DNA of 64,000 nucleotides from Schmidtea polychroa. Its lineage: Eukaryota. The DNA is taken from assembly GCA_044892525.1 (NCBI GenBank), contig CM097885.1:200384001-200448000 (forward strand). Reading direction: 5' to 3'. The position numbers and the translations under genes were made by a program. Positions 13,088 through 25,270 of this stretch are shown here, one piece after another. Position 1 is the first letter of the stretch, and each line of letters starts with the position of its first letter. The notes beneath the pieces are model-generated. The model saw only the letters and a list, made by a program, of their open reading frames with translations, was not told where the DNA came from and ran no database searches.

Positions 13088-14119
13088 AATCACTCCGGGA
13101 CCCTTTAAAATTGCGTCCCGCAATTCTGTTAGACATATGAATTTCCCAGGTCATAGTCTATTACATTCCCATTAACCTATAAACATACTATTATAGCTTA
13201 AGACATGTTAGAATTCAATTAGCAGAAAAAGGTCTAAGCTCAAATTCAAGCAGTTGCCACATACAGTGACTGGTCATAATACATATACATACTGATACAG
13301 TGTCCAAACTCAAGTACGAGTCATATGCAAAAGTTTTATTTCTGGATAAATTCATCAGTTGGTTGTTTCTCTCGTTTCTGGGCTCGGTTTTCGATCTTTC
13401 GTCTGGGTTGTGTAGGCATGTTTGGTCCCTGCTGTTGATTTTCATCGTTAGCTCGTAATGTTTACTGAAGATCATAGGATTCTCTCTATCAGGGTTTGAC
13501 TGTTTTTCCCTGATTCTCTTTGAATTTTTTGGCTGGGATTCCGGTTTTCTGGATCATTTGATGGTAGTTGACCGACCTTGCTCCAGGGTCTTCGGGACTT
13601 TTGTTTAACTGGGTGATTTGACACATAGATTTTTCTTTTGGTTTTTCTCGGTGGTTTTTGTTTACGGTATTGCTCTTATTAAGGGATTTTCTTTCTCCAA
13701 TGGGTAACTCAAATTATCTTCGATTTGGGTCTTAGTTAGCTTGATTTGACTAACTTTCCAATGTCACTGGGGCTGTGACTTTCGTCTCATTTATCAGGAT
13801 CTTTTACCGTTCTCCTTAGTTTTGGGTTCCAAATTAGATATTACTTTTCGATATTCGTTTAACTCATTCTTTCTGGGTTTGCACTTTTATCTTTCTTCTG
13901 GATTTATATTCTTTCTTCTCATTCGAGCCCCTGTTCTCCTTTACCATTGTAAGGGTTCAAATTTAGTAGTTTTCACAACTGATTACTTGATCCATTTCTA
14001 TTTATATATCGATCTTTTGCTACATTATACATCAATTTATACCTATACATCTAGTACATTTAGTTTGCTATTTATACATCAATTTTTACATATGTTCACT
14101 TCCTTTTTACTATTTTCAT

Positions 14120-16402
14120 CTACACTTCCTCTTTAATTTCCACTACATCCTTTGGACTACCCTTCTGCTTTTCCTTGGCTGTCATCATTTGTGTCTCTTC
14201 TGCCATATCTTTACATTTTTCTTGATTACTCGTTATTTCATTGATTCTTAATTCGGCTGACCTTGCTTCTTCTTTTAGTCGGAGTATCGTTGTCTTGAGT
14301 ACTTCATTTTCTCTTGTTCTGTTTTCTGCAACCTTTCTCCATATCATTATCAATTCATCCTGTCTCGTTTCTTTTACAACTAGTTCCATTATTAACCTGC
14401 ACTGTTCCACACATTGTCTCCTCAATTCCTCGTATGCGTTGGGTTTCACCTGTTCCTTCACGTCATTTGTCCGTCTCTGTACATTTGTCGACTGTTGTTT
14501 TATTAGCGTTGGAGATTGGTGTTTTCTAATTTCTGGCTGATAAATTCTGTTTTCGACATATTTTTTATTGTTCTGTTCTATGACGTATTCTCGTGACTGA
14601 TCTCTCACTGGGTTTGTCCCATTCGGACAGTTATTGACTAAATGTCCAGTTCTTTTACATTCGTAACACCTCTTTATGCGGCGATATTTATTTTTTCTGT
14701 GCTCATTTTTCTGACAATTCCCATACGTCTTATCGAAGAACCGATAGCGCTCATTGTGTCCTTGTGGTTGGTATTTGTTCCAGTAATTGTTTGTACTCGC
14801 GTCCCATTCGATATCTGGTTCGCACCCGCTTTCAATTTTTAACGTGTTTATGTCATGGTACTTTTCTTGCGTTTTTTCATTATTTCGTTTTTCGTGATTT
14901 TCGCCATTCTTCGATTCGCGCTTTTCCGGGATTACTGCAATTCCAACCTGACTATTGATGCCGGTATAATCTCTCTGATTGTCCTCAAATGTTTTGATGT
15001 TTTGATGGTCTAATATTACCTGTTCCAGTTTTTCAATTATTTCGCTTTCGATCCTTGAGTCCGGAATTTTTTGTAAATCTATTTCGTTGCTCGTTATCAT
15101 TCTCATCATATTGATTTGTATTACTCTTTTTTGTTCTCTTTCCCATATTCCTTTTATCTTTTCCCTCTGGTTGTCGTTGGTGGTTAGTCTCATTATATCC
15201 AATTTTACAAGTTCTTCCTTTCTCGTTCTCCAATATTTTTCTTCTCTTCTTGCCTGAGGTTCTTTTCGTTTACTCCATCTTTCTTCCGCTTCTCGTGCTT
15301 CCGCGATCTGTAAGGTATTCCATTCTCGTTGTTGTTTGGTTCGGATATTTTGAATTTGTAATGTGCCTCCCACACATTGTAATACATTTATTCTTGATTG
15401 TTGTTTTCCTTCCGCTTGAAACTGATAATCGATCATGTTACTGCACAGTCCTGTGAGAATTGTTATTTGATTTTGCATTTCAGCTAGTTGCTTTGCTGAC
15501 GTATCCCTATTGTCACTCCGTTGTTGGTTTCTTTTATTCGTACATGCAACTGCTAGATGGTCTCCTTGTCCGCGCGAGAAACATTTTTTGGATACTCCAC
15601 ATCTTACTGCGGTATGTCCTTTCTTACCGCAATTCCAACATCTTCTTTGTCCATGACATTCATCGAGCCAGTGTCCTTGCCTCTTGCAGTTATTACAAAA
15701 CTTTCCAATGTTTCCATTATTCGACCTCTTGCTTTTGTTGTCATTTTCGTTTCTTCGATTATTGTTGTTATGACTCCACTGTCTGTGGTGCTGGGGTTGA
15801 TTATCTGCGATATGCCTCCTACTTGGTGGTTGTGCTACTTTGGTGTACATTTCGCTTACATTCGCTGCCTCTACTGCTTCGTCCAGCGTCTTGCAGATTT
15901 TGCATCCTACTACACCTTTAATGTCATCTCGTCGCAATCCTTTTACAAATTGGGTTACTAATTGTGTTTCCATATCCTTTTCACTAAATAGCGGTTTGGC
16001 TAGACGTCTTAGTGCGCTTGCGTACAGTATATTTGATTCATTCACTGCTTGTCCTCGATTGAAGAATTCTAGAAATTTGTATTGTGCATCTTTTGCTTCT
16101 CCAAATGTTTTTATCAGAGCTTCCTTAATTTCTTTCCAGGTTTTTAGTGGGGTTGTACACTCTTTTATTCCGACGTACCAATTAAACGCGTCATCTGCTA
16201 GATATAGTGGGAGTCTTCTCACCATCATTTCGTTTGTCCATTTTAGAGCATCGCAATAAGATTCAAAATGTTGGATAAAGTTTGATAGTTTGTTCGGTTT
16301 TCCGTCGTATTTTTCGCCATTATATTTTCCCTGGAAATTGGGTATCTCCATTTCACCGAGTCTCTTGTTGATCGCTTCCATTTGGGCTGTTGTATCTACC
16401 AT
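14120..16402 (-). CDS. Ty3/gypsy-like Gag, 760 aa, four CCHC zinc knuckles (third degenerate) and coiled-coil tail
   Basis: Capsid-like region (FIQHFESYCDALKW...LPLYLADDAFNWY); CNNCKRQGHWLDEC, CWNCGKKGHTAVRC, CFSRGQGDHLAVAC, CYECKRTGHLVNNC. Confidence 0.88.
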   Translation of the reverse strand: MVDTTAQMEAINKRLGEMEIPNFQGKYNGEKYDGKPNKLSNFIQHFESYCDALKWTNEMMVRRLPLYLADDAFNWYVGIKECTTPLKTWKEIKEALIKTFGEAKDAQYKFLEFFNRGQAVNESNILYASALRRLAKPLFSEKDMETQLVTQFVKGLRRDDIKGVVGCKICKTLDEAVEAANVSEMYTKVAQPPSRRHIADNQPQHHRQWSHNNNNRRNENDNKSKRSNNGNIGKFCNNCKRQGHWLDECHGQRRCWNCGKKGHTAVRCGVSKKCFSRGQGDHLAVACTNKRNQQRSDNRDTSAKQLAEMQNQITILTGLCSNMIDYQFQAEGKQQSRINVLQCVGGTLQIQNIRTKQQREWNTLQIAEAREAEERWSKRKEPQARREEKYWRTRKEELVKLDIMRLTTNDNQREKIKGIWEREQKRVIQINMMRMITSNEIDLQKIPDSRIESEIIEKLEQVILDHQNIKTFEDNQRDYTGINSQVGIAVIPEKRESKNGENHEKRNNEKTQEKYHDINTLKIESGCEPDIEWDASTNNYWNKYQPQGHNERYRFFDKTYGNCQKNEHRKNKYRRIKRCYECKRTGHLVNNCPNGTNPVRDQSREYVIEQNNKKYVENRIYQPEIRKHQSPTLIKQQSTNVQRRTNDVKEQVKPNAYEELRRQCVEQCRLIMELVVKETRQDELIMIWRKVAENRTRENEVLKTTILRLKEEARSAELRINEITSNQEKCKDMAEETQMMTAKEKQKGSPKDVVEIKEEV

Positions 16403-17270
16403 CTCTAATTGTATTCTTTTTCCGTTTGTCTTTTCTTTTATTAGGTTTATGTCACTTTTATTATTTCTGTTTTCAGATAGAGTTTTCCTTCCTGAGGTTC
16501 TGATACGCGTATTACGCTTCTTAGCCTATTGTTTTCGAAATCCTTTTCACTGCTTCCTTTTATGGATCGACCTTTGGTCTTTGAGATGTCTTTTTGATTT
16601 TGCTTTTCGATTTCTTGTGCTTGCGTGGGTTTAATAGTTCGTCTTCCTTTCTTTGCAACTTTTAATTCTTCTTCTTTCAATAAACTTGGTTCTATTATTA
16701 ACTGTTTTGATCTGGTATGCTTTGTTATTGGTTCAATATTTCCGAACTTGGCTTAATTGTTTGACAATCACTTCTAGTTGGTTGCTGATACTTGGCTGTT
16801 GGCTTGATTGATTGATTTACCTGAATAGAAAAATATCACTTCTCCCTATCGTTTATTATATTTATAAATTATAATATATATATTATATAGTGTAATTGCA
16901 ATATTTTTACTTTGGTTTCTTTGGGTGCCGGCATATCTTAATATTCATTTCGTCGTTATTTTTGTTTACACATTGGTCCTCAAATTATTCTTAACTCGAT
17001 TCTCCATTATCCATTCTATATCCTCATCTATTCTCCTACATGGTTGTCTATTTTCAATTCGTTTTTCGTCTTTTTCCTTCACAATCTTATTTATTTTCAG
17101 TTATATATCCGTCAATGACTTCGGCCGTATTCTCGTTTATATTCTCGTCTATGTTTCTTCCAGGTACTCATCTATGTTCTCGTTTATCTTTCCTTTTACA
17201 TTCTCGTCTATATTCACGTCTGTTATTTCCGTTCCTATTCGTAGCCATTATTCTCATTTATATTCGTATC

Positions 17271-17552
17271 TATTATTCGCATCTATTATTCGCATCTATT
17301 ATTCGCAGCTATTATTCGCATCTATTATTCGCATCTATTATTCGCATCTATTATTCGCATCTATTATTCGCATCTATTATTCGCATCTATTATTCGCATC
17401 TATTATTCGCATCTATTATTCGCATCTATTATTCGCATCTATTATTCGCATCTATTATTCGCATCTATTATTCGCATCTATTATTCGCATCTATTATTCG
17501 CATCTATTATTCGCATCTATTATTCGCATCTATTATTCGCATCTATTATTCG
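17271..17552. repeat. 13-bp minisatellite (TATTATTCGCATC), 21 full units plus 9 nt
   Basis: Direct count; one variant unit (..GCAGC); 13-aa periodicity in overlapping spurious ORFs. Confidence 0.97.
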
Positions 17553-20500
17553 TTTTCCTTTGACTCTCTTTGTCCCCATATTATTCTGCCTACCGGTTAT
17601 CCTATTAATTTAGTCTTTAAGCTCTAATTGTTTCCCTTTACTTCGCTTTGTCTTTTTCCATTTACTCGGTTTTCTTTTTATTTCTCTTGCATGCTTCTTT
17701 TTACTACTCTTCCAGATTTTCCCCATTCTCCTGACTCTGGATGTGAAACACTCTCACTGGTCGATCTCCGATCGTGTGGTGATCAGTCACACGCAGAGAT
17801 GTTCCAGTATATGCGATGGGCCCTGTTCCACATCTTTCGTCAGGACAGTTGGTACTTTCCTGGGCCTTATCCGTACTACGCTGAGCGTAGCTCATAGGTT
17901 GTGGATTTCCTAAATCCTAACAGAAAAATTTTTTCCTTATTCATTTGCTCTCAATTTTCGTAGGACTTTATTCTCATTTTTACGTCGTGCTCTTACTCTA
18001 CTTATCTCGATTACCCTTGGTCCTTCTTCATTATTCTAAATATATCCCCATCTCTTGTCTAGTTAACGTCTTATTGCTATCGCCTTTATTCTTACCGCCT
18101 CGGTTGACTTGTTTCTCGTTAATATGCTCACTATTTCCTCAGGCAGATCCCTCTCGCATCACTCGTTAATATTTGTTTATCCATTTTATTCGTTACCCTT
18201 CTATTCGTCAATGGTTTATTTATTAAACATCCCTGCTCAATTTTGTAATTTATCACGCTTCCGTATTTGTATATTTTCCTCAGCTTTGATTTTTTATGTT
18301 ACCTCTCACTGATTTCCCCGTCATAATGTTTCTCATTTCGTATATTTTACGTTTTCAAAATTTGTTTGTTGTTTTTCTGTTTATGGGCCTCTTTGTTCCA
18401 CTCCCTATATTTTATGTTTTTACTTATTTCCGCGTCTATTTGCTATTTTACTTTTGGCGCGTAACTTTGATTGGTCATTTATTTTCATTATCTCATTTAA
18501 TTGTTTATCTATGTCTACATATACACACATATACTTATACATATACCCTTATCCATAAACATATATTCATATACATATATCCACCTATATCTGGATATCT
18601 ACATCTATACGCATTTTTCCCTAGCTGTTCCTGGAGTGGTTGATATTATTGCATTTATCGTTTCTGAATTTATTCAATCCCACAATTGCAACTTTTTGTT
18701 TCGTAATAAAAGTAGACAGTTCGTTCGTTTTTCATTATTGTAACTTTTTGTTCCATAGTAAAAGTAGGCAGTATGTTCGCTTTCCATAACTAAAACTTTT
18801 GTTCAATATTTCTAATTGATCTCATTTTTGTTAGCATCTATTGTTATTTTAATTGGCCGTGTCGTGATGTTAAGCTTTCAATCTTTTGTTCTATTTCGTT
18901 GTATCGTGTTTCATTTTATATTTGTCGTTTGTCGCTGTTTTGAATTTTCATTCAAATGTCTTTGCCCTTGCTTTCCTTCTGTGGATTTGTTATTTGTTGT
19001 TTCATGTTTGTTCATTTCGTTCTGTGTTTTCCTTATCATTTTTATGGTGTTTATTTGTTCATATTCTATTTTGTTATATGTGTGCTCTTCATTTACCGTC
19101 AATCATGTTTTTGTATAATTTTCCCGATTGTTCCTATTACTGCTCATGTCCGTTTTGATTTTCATCTTGATCTGCCGTTTGTTGTTGTCCTAGTTTGATC
19201 TCATTTTTCCTCCGCGTCTTCGCGAAATGTCGTCCTCGACATTCATTATTTGATTTATCTATTATCTTGTGTTCTCTCGGTTTTCAGTATTTTGTTATCG
19301 TGTCCTCTCTATCATATTTGTCAAACGCCCATTTTCTCTGATTAATTTTCCTTATTCTTAAATAAGTGTAGATTTTAATAATTTGAGTTTTCGCATTATT
19401 TTATCTTTGTTTACGGTGATCGGTCCTCTACTTTTATTATATATCATTTTTGGTTGGGGTGTATACACCGATATATGCGATTATTTATATACAATTAGTC
19501 CTCTTTTTGGCACTCAGTTCTGCCATTACCGTCTCTTTTCCATGTTATGACCCTGCTGATAGTTCGTTGTTTTTCCTCCTTTACGCAAAATACGGATACG
19601 GTGTTCTTCTGATCATTCCACCTCCCCTCGGAATATTTTACTCATCATCTTATAACAATTTTCAATGAATACTATGCTGGATTTGTTATAACTATTTGTA
19701 CTTCATCTTCAGCTCCCTGCGTTTTCGTTTTCCCGTTTTCGTTTTCCCGTTTCCTTTTCCCGTTTGATATTCTCCGTTACATTCTGACCATATCTTTCTC
19801 TCTTTGTTTTCCTCAGTTTTCTTAGTAGTTCATTTCTTGCATTCGGCTTTATCATTAGAGTCGTTCCATTTCTCTTTACTTTAGTTCAATTTTTCCTCTC
19901 TGATCCTTGATTATTCTCTCATGAACAAATTCATTATTCAAATTTTCGATTAGATTGTTCCTCCATGAGATTCCTTGCTTCTGTATAGCTAATGTTATTT
20001 ACTATAATATGACGCTTTTCTGCTTCCATATTTCTCCTGTGGTGGTATTGGGATTGATTTCCAATGTGATCCGTCTCATTCTATCAATTCACCTACATTG
20101 ATTCCTAATCTTTTATCTGAATTTTATTTCATTTTACTTCCCGAAGTTATATACTAATCATACCGCGCTAATATATATACATATATTTTTATATAATCAT
20201 ATACCTTTATATATTCATTGTTCACACTATATATAGTCATAACCCTTTCTATGTATGTGGGTTCATAATTCGTGATACTTTCTAGAGCTCTTTTCGCTGT
20301 TCTTAGTTTAGCGTTCTGTACTCTTTCATTTACTGTATATTTCACCCGTCTGGTTCTAATTGTTTCCCATTCTCTATCGTTGACGTTAGAAAATTTTTCA
20401 TAGTTCATTCCGGTTATTAATATGAGCATCGTACGTATAACTGTCTTGTATATTCATATTACTTTGGCTAACCTTGGGCTTCTTGGTTTCTTTCGCCGGA

Positions 20501-23500
20501 TCCTTTGTCGATATCCACCACGTTATTCCGGTGTCTTGTGTAGTTATTTTCCTTAATTTCTGTATTTACTTTGTTAACTTCCTGAGCCGTTCTACATAAA
20601 TTTTTAAAATTCATTTTCGACATATCCTTGATGTCTGTGATGTTCGCCTATTTTGCAAAGTTTTTCACTGTCATTGTCACGAAGATTTTATTTCGTTTTA
20701 TTTTTGCTCCCTTTTTATACTGTGGTTTTATTTTTTTAATAGTTATTCTCGATTGTCTTTGGTTCATATTTATTTTTCGAGTTACCAGCGAGTTATATCC
20801 CTTCATCTATCTTGCAGACAAGTTTAGTTCTTGTTTTTGGTCTTTTACTTAACGCTTTTGTTCATTCTAGGTGTTGATGATATATAGTTATTATTTCTAT
20901 TCGTGATGTTTCGATGTCTTTCCGTCTTCACTTTCTTTTACTTTCAGTAGAATCTGTTGATTCGCTCCGTTTCGTCTGGTAAACTCATCTCTTTATCTTT
21001 AATGTCGTTCGTCTCAGATTCACATTTGCAGAAGCTAAGGCATGGTTATCACTTGCTTTATTTATCGTTTGGTGCTTTGTTATCTGTCGAGTCTTATCGT
21101 ATTTTTTATTTGAATGTTTATTCAATCGTTTTTAGGGTTTAATATTTTCCTTTTACCGACGCCTTTTAACATCCTTGGGTACTCTACCCTTGGTTTGGTA
21201 TGTGTAGAAAGTATTACATGTAGAGCATAATTGGTGTAAACATTCCTTATCATACACTGTATGTATCGACAACTCAATACCAGAATCATATGTAGCCTAC
21301 TTTTTCATAAACCCCTAATCCATACATTCTTATATCTCATATGCATATAATCATTCATACTATTAATTCTTCATCTATCAGTGTATCTTCCAAGAAGTTT
21401 CCATACTACGAAGACCATCACTACATTCATTCTCCAATTTGGCAGTATTGTTCAAAAATTCACATTTCATAATTTTATGACATAAATATTATCACCGGTC
21501 AGAACAATCATTCCACAACAAAACTCAAAACAGACTACTAATTCATCATTCCAATGCAATTTAATCAACGAAGAATATCTCTATTTGTACCCACAAAAAC
21601 AATACATTGATTATCCCATTACTGACTAACAATAATTATTTAAGTGCATATAAATTTATATACAAGTACAAAATGCCATAGTAACATAATTAATGATCAT
21701 TTTCCATGCATGCAAATCTGACAACCCTCCGTCTCATCCTAACTAATTAAATCAAAACTAGAAAGCCATACATAATTTTATTGAAAACTGAATTGTAAAA
21801 TACTTATAAAACATTAATTAGTAAAAATTCAATTAGTAAAGTCCACAAAATCAATGAAAAATATATATAACCATTCCAAGCCGCTCTCTTGAAAATAAAG
21901 AAACAATCCACCGGAACAAACCCACGGCGCAACCGAAGCCGACACACCAACCGGCACTCAGCCATCACTCGATCACATAAACAATCATATTAAAGATTCT
22001 TCCCTAAATTCTTGATATTTTAGATAAATCATGAAGAATTCAATGCACATCAGAACAAATAAATAAATATCTTACTTCTTTATTCATTATTTTTTTTTAC
22101 AAAAATCTTAAAATTAACTAAATCCAAAACAAAGCCTATTTGGCAAAGCTAAATGAATGTCTCATTTGTGATAATTAAATGTGCTTTGGTGAAATGAGTA
22201 CCTTACCCAGATTATATACCTTCACTAACTACACCTAAATCCAGAATATCAGTAAAATAAACTGACTACAACGTATTGATGGATTTGATGTGGGAAGAAT
22301 TCAAATGGATATTCATTGATGGTTTTGCATGTAAGATTTGATAGTCGCTCAAAGTTTTATTCAACATCGACAAAAACAACGAAACAAACCGAGAGAAATT
22401 ATAATGAATCGAAGAACTAATCAAATTCCAGCATCATTTTCAAAAGTAAATATTCGAATCATTATTCCAATTGATAGACATGTTAACTTCAATACAAACA
22501 AATTCCATTTTCGTTTTATAAATCTCATAAAATTTCAATTTCATCTGAACACTACAGCAAAAATCCAAATCTACAAGAAATGAATAATTGTTACACACCT
22601 CGTTTCTGATTGGCCGCTTTTCATGCACGTAGAAAATCAATACCTGCACACATGCCATGCCATGCCGCCGGCACGCACACTATACGATTGTATATTCAAT
22701 CTAGACTGTTGTAGAGCTTGAGTGGTAAAATCCGGAATATTTTATTACTACACACACATACACATTTTTCAGATATTACACCAAACCCCACTGAGATACG
22801 TTCTCTATAGTGGTGGTTTGCGTGTAGAGTGATTGCTCACTCACCAATTTACTGATGTTGATGATAAATTGTTGTTTAGCAAAGTTGTCAGTAATTTGTT
22901 TTACGTATGTTTTACATCATGAAATTTATTTTAGCCATTTTAGAAATGGTTTTCAGGTAAGATATTAAATTTAAAGTAAATTTTAAGACTTGAATTTTGA
23001 TCCATATGGATATGAGATCATTATTCAAGTTCTTAAATATTACTTTTAATCAACAATATAATTATAAATTATTTTTAATTAATTTTCAGGCTTTTTTTTA
23101 GGAATTTTATGTCTTTTATTAAAGTATTTTGGAATTATTTCGAAAAAATGTGAGTCCTATATATTTTTAATTATAATTAATTAAATAAATAAATCAATCA
23201 ATGTATTTTTTTAAAACATTTTGGGAAAAATCGCTGATTAGAATAATTTTTTTAATTTTTGTAATTTTTTTTCTGAGCTCAATATGAGGGGATTCTTAAA
23301 GGAAATCAAATCTGGAGTAAAAAGATTTTGAACCAAATTCATCTGCTCTTGATATTTTCATTAAAAATATAATTTAAAAAATTTTCAACGATCTTTTTTT
23401 TCTAAAAATTGTCTAAAATAGAATTATTATAGAAACGTATCTCATCGTTACAATTTTACGAATCAAAAGTTTGTATGTGTTTTTTATTATGTGTTGTGCT

Positions 23501-25245
23501 TGTGTGCATTTTTTAATTTTCCTTCCACTTTTCAGATTTCTATAATATAAGATGTATCTCATTGAGCTATAAATGAGAACATCAACGTGAAATCAAAGTA
23601 AGTATGTATGTTTCTATAATGTAAGATTATTGATTTTTTTGTTATATTATAGGAAATGCATCTCAGTGGTGTTTGGTGTACCTCAAGCCGACAACGGACA
23701 GCTGGTGTTGTCGGCAAATATTTTCAGTTTTTAATCTGGATTTCACATCATTCAACAATGCCAGCGGTAGACTTAAAAGCACTGAGAAAAATTCATTGAC
23801 TATGTACCCCCACACCAGTCGCTAAATACCCACAAGCTATCGCTGGAAGCGTAGTTACAATTAATTTTTATAGCTGCTCCGGAACCATAAACACGCCTAC
23901 ACTGATTTCAGACACTTCACAATCAATCCAACTCCATTTATCCGTCACAAGGCCAATCTGACTCACACATGCGAGTTGAAACCAGAAACACTTCAAACAC
24001 TTCAAAAAACACTTCCCTGTCAACACTTCAAAACAAATCATCATGCACACAATTCTCAGGCAACTACTTAATAACATTGTGTTGGTAATTATTCAAGTGT
24101 TCTGGTTGCTATATTTTTTCTTTTATCGATTATTCTACCAGAATTTTTTGGTTTCATTTTATGGATTTTCTAGGTAAGATTTGCTAACTTTTGAGTAAAA
24201 AATTTATTCATGGTTTTAAATTTTATTCGCAATCATCATCCTTATATTTCAGGTTCTTGGGAATTTCTATGAAATTGATCATATTTTATTCTCAGATTAT
24301 TTTCGCTATAAGGTAAATATATTCTACCTATTTTTCAATCTCAATTTTTTAATTAACTAAGTATTTTTGAATTTGTTATTAGGTGCTTTTATGAAATTTC
24401 ATACCATGCTCTTGATTTATTTTGGATTGTTTCGTTGACAGGTAAGTTCGATATATTTTACCTATTTGTTTTTAAATAAATTTTTTCGAATTTAGTTTTG
24501 TCTTTTGATGTTTATATAATTTACTTTTTGTGGTTTTATTTAAGTTAATTTTTATTTTAAATTTCTATTTTTATAGTTAAATTAAATTTTATTTCAACCT
24601 ATTTAATTTCCTTACTAAAATAATTTTTATTTTAGATTTCCTTTTACCCCAATTAATTTTATTTCTGGATTAACTTATTTTTATAAATTTTAAATTATAA
24701 TTTTCCTATTGTTATTTGAGCATGGTTTTTCGGCAACATCAAGTTTCGACTTTATTATTACGAATTTATTATGATTATTTGGTCGTGGTTTTTCCGATCA
24801 AAGAAATGTAAATATATCCCGTTTTTTATTTATTAACCTAAATTTTCCAAAATTTTATTTTTTGTAGTTGTTAATTAGAAAATTTTTCTAATCCAAGCGA
24901 TTCTATTTCCCGAAACAAAAATAATTTTTATTTTTATTCATTTTAATTTTATGTGTTCGTTTGGTTCTTTTGCCCAAATTAATTTTATTTCTAGCATAAT
25001 TCCTAACTTAAGTTTCCCAATTTTCGTTCTACCTAATTTTTCGTTTACCATGATTAAATTTTATTTCTAAAACAGTTTTTTCTTTAATTAATTTTAATTT
25101 CTAATTTTCTTAATTTAATATTTTCCTTTTTGCACAATTTCTCATTTTGATGTTGAAGTTGAATTTTCCGAATAATTGCCATTTTTGAGTTTGATAATTT
25201 ATTATTTATTAATGTTTTTCTGCCAAAAACAATTTATAAACCTAT

Positions 25246-25263
25246 ATCCCGGCTGAGCCCCCA
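25246..25263 (-). promoter_or_regulatory. Primer-binding site for tRNA-Pro
   Basis: TGGGGGCTCAGCCGGGAT, 16/18 identical to the classic tRNA-Pro PBS TGGGGGCTCGTCCGGGAT, 7 nt downstream of the LTR end on the minus strand. Confidence 0.85.
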
Positions 25264-25270
25264 AAAATCA

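Noticed and set aside
11688-13475. Short ORFs duplicated at 25346-26833
   Set aside because: They lie within the LTR and adjacent repeat, with no protein motifs; duplication reflects LTR identity.
14790-14850. IESG in Gag as a degenerate aspartic protease site
   Set aside because: Catalytic Asp absent and no flanking protease motifs.
17271-17552. Minisatellite or 62.7-63.3 kb arrays as CRISPR
   Set aside because: No unique spacers, no cas genes, eukaryotic context.
16925-17627. 212-aa and 195-aa repetitive hydrophobic ORFs
   Set aside because: Stop-free by-products of the 13-bp minisatellite on the T-rich antisense strand of the retroelement.
17704-17895. CPDERC...AYTGTS as a GIY-YIG (Penelope) endonuclease fragment
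   Set aside because: Too weak; lacks the conserved residues and any adjacent RT.
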